Positions 11,053 to 22,027 of a stretch of 64,000 nucleotides of DNA are shown one piece after another; within the stretch, counting starts at the first letter, position 1; every line of letters begins with the position of its first letter. This stretch comes from Somniosus microcephalus (lineage: Eukaryota): the NCBI GenBank assembly GCA_052327205.1, contig CM126226.1, positions 29,388,001 through 29,452,000 of the forward strand. The letters run 5' to 3'. The notes under the pieces were generated by a model. The model had not been told where the DNA came from, did not search any database, and was given only the letters and a program-made list of their open reading frames with translations. A program made the position numbers and the translations under genes.

Positions 11053-11904
11053 TTGTAGAAGAAGCCAAATTTGCTCCAGTACGTGAATAAGATCACAGCT
11101 GCTCCACACCAGATCACTCTGCTGTACATGGCAGCAAACCTGTCGTTTCATATCAGATGGCGTGCAGTGATGTGGAAAGTATAAGGCACAGGGTACGTTC
11201 ATTTTACACCACTTCACTCTGGAGTTAGTGCTTCCACCAGGAATACATTACCTCAAGACAGCAGGAATTTTTGAAATTAGTTGATCTGACTCCACCTTTA
11301 TAATGAAAGGAATGTCGGTTTATCGAAGAGCCCTGAACTTTATGAAAGCTGACAGCAGTGAAGTGATGTGAGATTTTTTACAGTGTGTTGCCAGGCACTG
11401 AGTCAAACAAACAGCAGCTACTATCACTTTCAGTGAAATACCTGAAGGCTGAGGGCATCGCTTACGCAGAATGTCCTGTTCAGAGCTTCAAAGCTGAAGG
11501 GTGTGGTAATTAATGAATGATTTCACCCAGATATAATGACAGGGTTTGGAAACATTTCAAAACCACTTACCCGCCATGTGATCAGGTTTCAGTGAAGGTT
11601 ACACAGAAGAAGTAACGTCGTCATCGTGGTCAAGCTCCTCACCCAGGAAAGTATTCTACCATGACAACAGAATAGTGGAGGCACAAGAGTGAGAAATGAC
11701 GGGGGTCCATGTGAAGGTGAGGGTAACAGCCAATGGACCAGTTATATTCCGCAATTTGCTTTGATGTGAATTGGTTTTGACTTTGCACTGATACAAGCTG
11801 TGTCGTGTGATTCAGGTGTGAAGTCGCCAAGTCACATTTAGGCAATTCAGGTGAAACAACTCTCCAGAAGGCAGTTTAACACCACTTTGCTTTACACCCC
11901 TTGC

Positions 11905-12290
11905 AGTGACCTGATAGAATGCTTTAAAGTTATGAAAGAGTTCGATAGGGTAGATATAGGGAAGATGTTTCCACTTGTGGAAAATGCAAAACTAGGGGTC
12001 ATAAATATAAGTTAGTCACCAATAATTCAAATGAGAAATTCAGGAGTAATGTTTTTACTCAGAGAGTGGTTAGAACATGAAACTTGCTACCACATGGAGT
12101 AGTTGAGGTGAATAGCATTTAAGGGGAAGCTAGATAAGTACATGAGGAAGAAAGGAATAGAAGGGTAGGTTGATAGGGTGAGATGAAGTAAGGTGGGAGG
12201 AAGCTCTTGTCGAACGTAAATACAGGCATAGACCAGTTGGACCGAATGGCCTGTTCGTGTGCTGTAAATTCTATGTCATTCTATGTAGTA
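11905..12290 (+). mobile_element. CR1 LINE 3' fragment (older)
   Basis: DLIE..FTQRVV-like coding remnant ending in a (TTCTATG)n tail. Confidence 0.75.
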
Positions 12291-13699
12291 TAGCAACTGG
12301 TGTAACACTAAGTTCAAAAAGTTCCTGGCCAGACACTCACCTCTCTGCTACAATTAAAATGTAACCAGCGTTCAGAACCCAGTAAGTGTTTCCAATGGTC
12401 AAAGGGTAACGTTGAGACTGCAGTGTAGCCAACGTCTACAGAATCAGTATCACTCCAGAGTCAGGCCAGTATCTATGTTATAATGACACTCTGAATATAA
12501 TCACAGGAATGTTTGAGTAATGCAATCAGAAGAGTGGCTTCACCTTTGGGTTCAGACTCTTTCTATGTAAATGGTATGAACTTGAAAATTAAATATGATC
12601 CTGAATCAATGTCAGCTAAGTGTTGGTGGGACTGGGCACTGTGAGCCCCTGCAGTACAGTGAGCTGATATTGCCCTCTAATGCAAGGCCGGCTCATTAAT
12701 GTACATTTGCAGCCCTTCGCGCATCATAGTTTGAGCACACCAGGGTCAAGGGGCAAGTTATCTGGCCAATCACTGAAGACAAATCAAAATGGCTGGAGCA
12801 AGATACAGATTAGAGGTGCTCCATTCAAAAGGAGCAGTTATGGAGGTCCTGCTGCAGGATGCCCCGTAAAGTACGGGTGGTCCATTTTGGAGCTAAGAGC
12901 CATGCACCAATCAGAGCAGCCTAAAAGGAAGTGGCTGAATAATTGAACGCTGCCTCACCTGAGCACTGAACCTAGGATCAGCTGAGAAATAAATTTGTTG
13001 ATCTCAGGAAGGCTGCAAGGTAAAGTGTGCTCATATGTTGCTTAATTGTACATGTTAACAGCACATCACTGCCAGCTTGGTAGAGCATTAGAAGGGAAGA
13101 GTGCACAGCATTCTTGCAGTTGTGCATATACAGGTACTTTCCAAAAACATGGGTGTGCCCATATTTCACCAGGCACTCTGTAGAGGTTGGTACTGGGTCA
13201 ATGCGTTTATCAAGCATCAAACATCAAGCTCACCGCCAACAAAAGATACCTGCATATGTCAAGTTCACAAGATGTAAGCAGGTACTGGGCTGGTACTTGG
13301 CTGGCACATACCTTCTCTGATATTCTTTATTCCAACATATGTCTCTTTCCTATCTGTTTACAGCAGAAGCCTTACATAAGAGATGGCAGTGCATACAGAC
13401 TGATGAGGGTGTCACCTCATCTAAGTACTTTGTCTTCTAAGAAGGAGAGTGCCCTAGGATTCTGGGCCTTGAAGCACTAGAGGGAATGGTTGAGGTCTTC
13501 TCCAGCTCATGGCTAGCGCCGTCCTTTTTTTCTCATTCTTTATCTCCTTAGTCACTCCCTTATTCACTGCCTCACACACAGGCAGCACTGCAGTATAGCA
13601 CACTAGAATATTTTGCTATGTAAGCCGTGTCAAGGGTTGACTTACTGTCAGCATCCCAAAATGTTCTCTTCTGTAGGTGTCCAAGAGTAGGAGGTGGCA

Positions 13700-14890
13700 A
13701 AGCCTAGAGTCCAGGCTCAACTAAGCACCTTAAGCACCCAGCTTCAATCACTCATTGTTCAATACCTATGGTTACAGAGCAGCTGTACATTCATTGGAGT
13801 GGAACCCCTTTCTATTCAAGAAGGGGATAGTATTGGGGTTAGGGGCCAGTAATGGCCACCTGTGTGCCATCAATAATGTCCTGCACTTCAGGGAATTCAG
13901 CCAAACAGTAAACACGCAGGGCTTGTTCATGTAATGTTAGTTTTTCATAAGGAATTTATGACATTGTTGGTCCGGACAAGCGGGACATCTGTCAGCTGCA
14001 CCATGCAACTGTGCACTGCACGTTGTGAAACTTGACAGATATTCTCTGCTGTTGCTTGGAAGGGTCTAGTGGCATAAAAAGTTAAGGAAGTGGTTACCTT
14101 GCCAGCTACTAATTAACAGTCCTTACACTGGAAGTGGTTTCTAGGTATGGCTGTCACTGTTTCCTTGGAGAATTGTAGTTCCTGTGGGTAGATGTTCCTT
14201 GACAAATCCAGATACATAGAAACATAGAAGATAGGAGCAGGAGTAGGCCATTCGGTCCCTCGAGCCTGCTCCGCCATTCAATGCGATCATGGTTGATCAT
14301 CCAAATTCAGTACCCTGTCCCTGCTTTCTCCCCATATCCCTTGATCCCCTTAGCCTTAAGAAATATATCTAACTCCTTCTTGAATATATTTAATGAATTG
14401 GCCTCAACTGTCTTCTGTGGTAGAGAACTCCACAGGTTCACCACTCTCTGGGTGAAGAAATTCCTCCTTATCTCTGTCCTAAATGACTTACCCCTTATCC
14501 TTAGACTGTGACCCCTGGTTCTGGACTCCCCGGCCATCGGGAACATCCTTCCTGCACCTAGTCTGTCTAGTCCTGTTAGAATTTTATAAGTTTCAATGAG
14601 ATCCCCTCTCATTCTTCTAAACTCTAGCGAATATAAGCCTAATCGACCCATACATCATTCCTGCCATCCCAGATATCAGTCTGGTGAGTCTTCGCTGCAC
14701 TCCCTCCATGGCAAGAACATCCTTGGATACAATCGCCTTGGCCTATAGACAGGGATGGTGGCATGAGGATGACTCCTTAAGTTACTAAGGTGCAGTCGCA
14801 ACTGTCTTGCATGCCGCCTCTGATCCTCCTCTTTCTCTTCCTCATCTAGAACCTGCAGATAGAGAGGGGTGCTTAACTGGATTTCCCTCA
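13700..14890 (-). pseudogene. Degenerate PIF/Harbinger transposase interrupted by CR1
   Basis: Minus-strand peptides EEEKEEDQRR..PVYRPRRLY (14725-14860), AGKVTTSLTFYATRPFQATAENICQVSQ (~14020-14110), FPEVQDIIDGTQVAI and LNRKGFHS (~13795-13900). Confidence 0.7.
14215..14725 (-). mobile_element. CR1 LINE 3' fragment
   Basis: GRLGLYSLEFRRMRGDLIETYKIL..TRGH..FFTQRVVNLW, with a (TTCTATG)n tail. Confidence 0.92.
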
Positions 14891-15301
14891 AATTATTTTA
14901 TCTTTGTTCACAGCTACAGTTTTCTTGACTAACAAGCCCTGAAGCAAAAAGGGTGCAACTTTAAGAATAGTTTCAGTACCAAATAGAAGAAAAAAATAAC
15001 GATCAAATAAGTTTTCATATTGCTGGGTTAACATAGACGTACTTGTCTCAACTACCATTCTTTAACACACTTATATCTTTCAGCAAGTCACTGAATGGCA
15101 ATCAGGGGTGGGAATCCTCAGAATCCTGTCTGATTTCCCCCCCTACCTACCCCTAGAGAGATAATATCAATCGAAGTGCCCCAAATGTATGATGTAGTGC
15201 TACACCAGGCCATTGGAGAGCTTGGTGATTTTTTACAAGTGAGTCAGACTGTGTTTTGATTACTGATAGTGCCCAGAAATATCAGCCAATCCATACCTTA
15301 G

Positions 15302-15757
15302 AAGAAAGACTTGCATTTATATAGCGTCTTTCACGAACTCAAGACGTCCCAAAGTGTTTTACACCCAATGACGTACTTTTGTAGTGTAGTCACTGTTGTA
15401 ATGTAGAAAATGCGGCAGCCAATTTGTGCACAGCAAGATCCCACAAACAGCAACATGATAATAACCAGATAATGTGATGTTGATTTAGGGATAAATATTG
15501 GCCAGGATACTGGGGATAACTCCCCTGCTCTTCTTTGAAATAGGGCCATGGGATCTTTTACGTCCACCTGAGAGAGCAGACGGACCTCAGTTTAACATCT
15601 CATCCGAAAGACGGCACCTCCAACAGTGCAGCACTCCCTCAATACTGCACTGGAGTGTCTGCCTAGATTTTTGTGCTCAAGTCTCTGGAGTGGGACTTGA
15701 ACCCACAACCTTCTGACTCAGAGGTGAGAGTGCTGCCCATTGAGCCACGGCTGACAC
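15302..15757 (-). mobile_element. tRNA-derived DeuSINE (SacSINE1-like), full length
   Basis: Minus strand GTGTCAGCCGTGGCTCAATGG..GGTTCAAGTCCC (A and B boxes), Deu-type centre, and tail CTATATAAATGCAAGTCTTTCTT. Confidence 0.85.
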
Positions 15758-17133
15758 TTGACCTTGATCAAAGAACTCAGAAACAGAAAACCAAAAAACA
15801 CCTCAAAGTGGAGATTTGACACTACATCGTGGGGCAGAGGAATGGCGGAAGATAAGCAAGGAGAACTTTTTTAAAAAGTCAATAAATATCACTTAACCAG
15901 CTCTGAAAAGATTCTGTGAGGGGGGAAAAGCTTAGAAAATTATGAGATGCCTTACGTACAGAGCAAGACTGGATGTGGTAAGACTGCACAATAATCCTAA
16001 AGGGACAGTGTGCCATGATGGTTGCTGCTTGCATGATTACCTGTTTGTATTGAGGATGAAGGAGTGATGATGAATGACTGACAGCACCATTAACAAACTG
16101 CTACTTCAATCAGTGGAAACTCGTTTTGTTGTTTTGACACTCACCTGTTTATTGATATTTGGAGCTGTGCGGTACATTTATAGTTTCCTGACTGTTGTCA
16201 AGTTGCATGCCTTTGTTCCCAGCTATTCGTACTTTGAATCATGTGGGCGCATTGTGTTTACAGAATATAATTAAAAAGTCTCATAAAATCAGTTTACCTA
16301 GAGGAAAGATGGCCTGTTGCCAACAATATATTTTCTCTTTATTACCCTCTGGCAGACCAGATTCAATGAGGTTATTAATGAGGGTTGTCATCAGCAGTTC
16401 ACAGGTTTCTAAGATCTGGTGTTTGGAGACATTTGGAATCCATATCTGACTTGTACAAAATTCATCTCCTTCGAATCTGAATCTGAATCTGAAGTTTGCA
16501 TTTCAAATGTTTAGTGTGAGCATTGAGACTGGTGGGGTTCAGACCACTGTACGGACCACACACAACTGCCAGGGAATCGTTACAGTCTTATTAGATAAAC
16601 TGGGATGTTAGAAATTTTGGGCCTGCCTCACATATTCTCTTGGGTTCAGCAGCATTGGTCACTCCCGTAAGTGGTCCCCGCATCTTACATTTAGGAGGGT
16701 GCTTGCACTGTCTACTATCTAACCACATAATTAACTTAACCCGGGGCATATTGTGTCTTTCGCATGTGCTCTCACATGCACTTCTCCAATTGTTCAGCAG
16801 GTAAACTGATAACAAATTTAATATAAATCGTAAAGCTGATTTTACACAGGGTCTGGTTGACTCCCCTGGAGCTTACTGGCCTCCCTCTCAGTACACCTCA
16901 CCAACTGACTTCCCCAAATGTGGGCTTTGTTCTCTTGTTTCCTGTCCCACAGGAAGTTGGGGCTTGATTCCTGATCCGTCCCTTGTCCAGGGTTGGTCAG
17001 TAGAGTTGCCACTCAACCCTCCTACCACCTCTCCACCCCCATCATAAATCCCTAGAAAATATCTCCTTCTATTCACAAAAGGAATGGGACTATTTTGACT
17101 AATCTAGAATTAGTCAATTGTTATGTAATGTTA

Positions 17134-17822
17134 CTAGCTGGGGGGAGCCTGGCTTTGCCAGGGCTGTTTTGGGCTGGGCGGTTTAAATCGAGTGCGAGGC
17201 TTTGGGGCCTCTCTGTGTCCCTCTGTGAATCTGCTGCCGGGCAACATTTTAAATTGAGTCCCAGGCTTTTGGGCCCTGTCTCTGTCCCTTTGTGAATCTG
17301 CTGCCGGGCAACATTTCTACCTTTTAATACCTTGAAAGATGAAAGTGAAAGTACTTATAAAACGTTTTTGGTAAATCTTATGTTATTTTTAAAAGAGATA
17401 CTAACTTTTTCAAAGCTGGATGATCAAAGTAGTTTGAGCTGGAAGCTGAAGTAATGGCAGTGAAACAATGGCTGCCACATCCCCGAGATGAAAACGATTA
17501 GTCCCACACACACACACCGATTGGCCAACCATCAGGGGACCGTATTGTAGGATTGGTCAATCGTGACGGTGGAACCTTGACGTCAGTCAATCAATGCTAA
17601 GTAGCAGATAATGAGTTTAATTTTGAAGGTTTTTTGCATAAGGCGCGAACAATTTTCGTCCGACCGAAAAGTAAATATGCTTACGACCGTCCCGGAACCG
17701 TAAGCTTTCTTCGGAGGTAACGCGCGCGTAGGTAGGCTCTATAACTTTCGAGCGCATAGCCGGACAGACGCACACCTGAGGACAGAAGGACAGACAGACA
17801 GATCGACTCGTTTATATATATA
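17134..17822 (-). mobile_element. Non-autonomous Helitron-like unit 1 (family A)
   Basis: 3' CTAG at 17134-17137 next to the target T, hairpin AGCCTGGC-TTT-GCCAGGGCT, and (GACA)n plus (TA)n at the 5' end. Confidence 0.8.
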
Positions 17823-19620
17823 CTAGCTGGAGCGCCCGGTGGTGCCGAGGCTTTTTCGAGGGCATGTTGTTGTTGGAAGAGAGAGAGAGAGAGCGACTGG
17901 GTGGAAGAGAGAGAGCGACTGGGGGGAAGAGAGAGAGTGACTGGGGGGGAGAGAGAGCGACTGGGGGGAAGAGAGGGCGGGGAGGGGGAGGGCGGGGAGG
18001 GCGGGGAGGGGGCAGGGCGGGAGGGCGGGGAGGGGGAAGGGCGGGGGGGAGGGGGGAGGGCGGGGGGGAGGGCGGGGGGTGGGGTGGAGGGGAGGGGAGG
18101 GGGGGGAGGGGAAGGGGGGAGGGTAGGGGGGAGGGCGAGGGCAGGGGGAGGGCGGGGGGGAGGAGGGGGGAGGAGGGCGGGGAGGAGGGGGGAGAGGAGG
18201 GCGGGGAGGAGGGGGGGAGGGGGAGGGAGGAGGGGGGAGGGGGAGGGAGGAGGGGGGAGGAGGGGGGAGGGGGGGGGCGGAGGGCGGGGAGGGGAGGAGG
18301 GGGGGAGAGGAGGGGGGTGAGGAGGGGGGGGAGAGAGACAGAGGGAAGGAGAGAGAGAGGGCGAGTGGCCCGCGGCCGCAAATGGAGCCAAGCCCCAAGA
18401 ACAGGCATGAGCCGGCTTGAGGCTGAGAGACGGCCACGCCCGGTTGCCGGGGTAACCCTTCCCCCCCTTCCGAGCCCCCGTCCTCCCGAGCACCGGCTGC
18501 ATCGCCCCGCCCCGCACTCCACTCCCGAGAGCCCCGCTCTCCAAGCCCCGCCTGCCCCGCAGTCCCGAGAGCCCCGCTCTCCGAGCCCCACCCCGCCCCG
18601 CCCCGCACTCCCGAGAGCCCCGCCCGCCCCGCCCCGCACTCCCGAGAGCCCCGCCCGCCCCGCCCCGCACTCCCGAGAGCCCCGCTCTCCGAGCCCCGCC
18701 CCCCCGGCCGAGCCGGCTTGAAGTCCGCCGATTGCGGCTGTGCAAGACGGCCGGCGGGCCCGGTTGCCGGGGTAACCCTTCCCGCTCACCAAGCCCTGGC
18801 CGAGATCCGCACTCCCGAGAGCCCCGCCCCCCCCGCCCGAGCCGAGCACGGAACAGAGAGAGATGCCACGTCTCAGCTGCTCCTGCTGTGCGCACACCCT
18901 GACCCTCGTGGCTGACGTCGTTGCCCCGGGTAACGTGACACAGGGGGGCGGTGAGGAGCTTAGCAGAAGCCGTGGGAGAATTACCTAGGTCGGGCCTGGC
19001 TGGGCAAGAAACACCCAGGCTTTCAGGCCTAACAAAAACGGGGAAAGGTAGGAAAAAGAATCTTCAGGTTAGAGAAAATATTTACAAATGAATGAAGATT
19101 TTTTTAAAACAATTTAATAAATTCAATTTTATTTTGCTGGAAATGTATATTTGAAACGAAAGACGCAGAAAGCAGGAAAAAGAATGGAAGCAAGATGGCG
19201 GCTACTCACCTCGGTTCAGAACGATAAGGCCCGCCCACACCGTCAGGTGACCAAAGCGTAGGATTGGTCAATCGTCCCGTCACTCGACCGTAGGAGGGCC
19301 CGGCCGCACGCGGCAACAACCCGTCGTACGATTGGTCGACCTCGAGGTCTCTCTGTCGCTAATGAGCGGATAATGAGATGCTAATGAGCGAAATGTTGTA
19401 GGTTTTTCGGATACCGCGGGCGCGATTTTTGCCCGGCCGAAACGTAAATACGCTTAAGACCGTTTTGGAAAGGTAAGCTTTCTTTCGACGTAACGCACGC
19501 GTAGGTACGCTCTATAACTTTCGAGCGCATACCAGACAGACGCACACGTGATGACAGACAGACAGACAGACAGAAGGACAGACAGAAGGACAGACAGATC
19601 GACCGATTTATATATATAGA
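17823..19620 (-). mobile_element. Non-autonomous Helitron-like unit 2 (family B) with a GC-rich internal segment
   Basis: Has its own CTAG (17823-17826), bulged hairpin and 5' TC (plus-strand GA at 19619-19620). Its 5' ~330 bp is homologous to units 1 and 3; the interior is unrelated. Confidence 0.75.
17880..18365 (+). repeat. G/GA-rich low-complexity tract with high G-quadruplex potential
   Basis: Dozens of G3-G8 runs separated by short linkers. Confidence 0.9.
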
Positions 19621-19626
19621 TAGATA

Positions 19627-20500
19627 CTAGCTGGGGGAGCCCGGCTTTGCCAGGGCTGTTTTGGGCCGGGTGGTTTAAATCGAGTGCCAGGCTTTGGGGC
19701 CTCTCTGTGTCCCTCTGTGAATCTGCTGCCGGGCAACATTTTAAATCGAGTCCCAGGCTTTTGGGCCCTGTCTGTGTCCCTTTGTGAATCTGCTGCCGGG
19801 CAACATTTCGACCTTTTAATACCTTGAAAGATGAAAGTGAAAGTACTTATAAAAGGTTTTTGGTAAATCTTATGTTATTTTTAAAAGAGAAACTAACTTT
19901 TTCAAAGCTGGATGATCAAAGGGCTTTCAGGCCCTGTCTCTCTCTCCCTGTGTGAATCTGCTGCCGGGCAACATTTCTACCTTTTAATACCTTGAAAGAT
20001 GAAAGTGAAAGTACTTATAAAACGTTTTTGGTAAATCTTATGTTATTTTTAAAAGAGATACTAACTTTTTCAAAGCTGGATGATCAAAGTAGTTTGAGCT
20101 GGAAGCTGAAGTAATGGCAGTGAAACAATGGCTGCCACATCCCCGAGATGAAAACAATTAGTCCCACACACACACACCGATTGGCCAACCATCAGGGGAC
20201 CGTACTGTAGGATTGGTCAATCGTGACGGTGGAACCTTGACGTCAGTCAATCAATGCTAAGTAGCAGATAATGAGTTTAATTTTGAAGGTTTTTTGCATA
20301 AGGCACGAACAATTTTCGTCCGACCGAAAAGTAAATACGCTTACGACCGTCCCGGAACCGTAAGCTTTCTTCGGAGGTAACGTGCGCGTAGGTACGCTCT
20401 ATAACTTTCGAGCGCATAGCCGGACAGACGCACACCCGAGGACAGAAGGACAGACAGACACAGATCGATTCATTTATATATATATATATAGATAGATAGA
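19627..20500 (-). mobile_element. Non-autonomous Helitron-like unit 3 (family A, with ~166-bp internal tandem duplication)
   Basis: Near-identical to unit 1. CTAG at 19627-19630; 5' TC at 20499-20500 preceded by target A (20501). Duplicated block at ~19756-19921 and 19922-20089. Confidence 0.8.
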
Positions 20501-22027
20501 TGTACTCAGGACAAAAAAAGGCCATCAAGCCATCACCCCACTGCTTACAAGACTCATCCCTGTATCTCCACCTTTCCGTTCCTCCCCCAGTTCCTGGGAG
20601 ATGCAGGGGCAGGGGGAGGGAGAAGGGATATGAGAAGAGGAGGGGGAGAGGGAGTAGAGGAGAGGGGACAACAGTGGATAGGGAAGGGTTGGGGACATAG
20701 GACCAGGGCCAATTTTCCTCTCAGTGGGAGGAGGGAGCTGCACTGAGCCAGAACCCAATGACAGCTCCATTGGAGGAGTGGGGGGCGGGGGGGAGGGGAA
20801 GCGTTTTTAGCTCAGGTTTTACGGTGGTGCTGAGTTGCTTGTGGGTGAGATGCTGGGTGGGATTCTGCTCAGTTGAGGTGGATTTGTTCTTTGGCTGGGA
20901 GGACGGGGTTGACCTCAATATCTGATAAGTAGAGTTGGGAGAAAGGTACTTGATGGGTGGATGGTGGCTGCTATCTCTGCTCACTGGGAGTGTACTGTTT
21001 ACTATCTTTGCTCAATGAGGTGGGGTCATATTGGTCTCTATCTCTGCTAAATGGGGGAAGGGATAGCGGTGTCTGAAAAGTGGAGTCAGGAAACTTGCAT
21101 CTATCCTGTGCTCAATGAGGGGAGGGATTTTGGCTCTTATCTATGCTCAGTGAAGGGCAGGCGTTTGGCCCTTATCTATGTTGAGCGGAGTTTCTTTGAT
21201 AATTGCTATCTTTGCTGATTGGTGTGGGCTGGTTTAGCCAGGAGAGTTGCACAGTTGATGGGGTGAAACACTGTCTGATCAGTTTGGTCGAGAGATGAGG
21301 TACTTGGAGATATATCTGATTTTAAATACTAGAGTTGCGTAAGGAGTGTTATACCTTGAGGCATTAATGTGCCGTGACAGGCAGTAGAGGTATGGTGAAT
21401 CAACAGGAGGTGCCCGTTCATAGACCTGAGCAGCGTGGAACAGTTAAACCAAATCATGTGCTCTATATACACGTGGATTACTCCACTCAGCCTGACCTAG
21501 AATTTCCTCAAGTTATTTGTCCAGATATCGTAAAAGGCAGTGAGAAACAGGAACTTATATAATGATTTTTACACAAAGGAGCTTTAGTAAGAGCTGGTAC
21601 TTATTGGATGTACGGAGTTGTGTGCTTGTTGGGATTAGTTAATTGAAGCTTTACCCTCACAGAAAGAAATGGATATTAAATGTACTAGACCATACTGGCT
21701 GGAATCCAATTACATGAATCACAAACCAGAGTGGGCAAGTTGCAAAAAGACCGGGTCATAGGATAGATTGAGTCAGACTGTGAAATGGCTTGTGCATCAT
21801 CACACTGTGGAACAGTTTCATTGGTAAATGGGAAACCAATATTCTCAGTGTGTTCACTGGCAGTTCCACAAGTTTAGGAATCCAACAATGCTGTAATGCA
21901 TTGTCCTTCCCCCAATGCACCAGTGGTTATTTCATTGTTTCCCTCCATTGATAAAGCTGCTAAGGCTTCAGTCCCTGTGGCTGCTGCCACCTTAATCTGG
22001 ATCCAAGTGTAAAATTCACTTTAAAGC

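Noticed and set aside
17681-18897. Long Pro/Gly/Arg-rich ORFs (260-404 aa) on both strands
   Set aside because: Open in nearly all frames because the G/C low-complexity tract lacks stop codons; no domain signal; lies inside a non-autonomous element.
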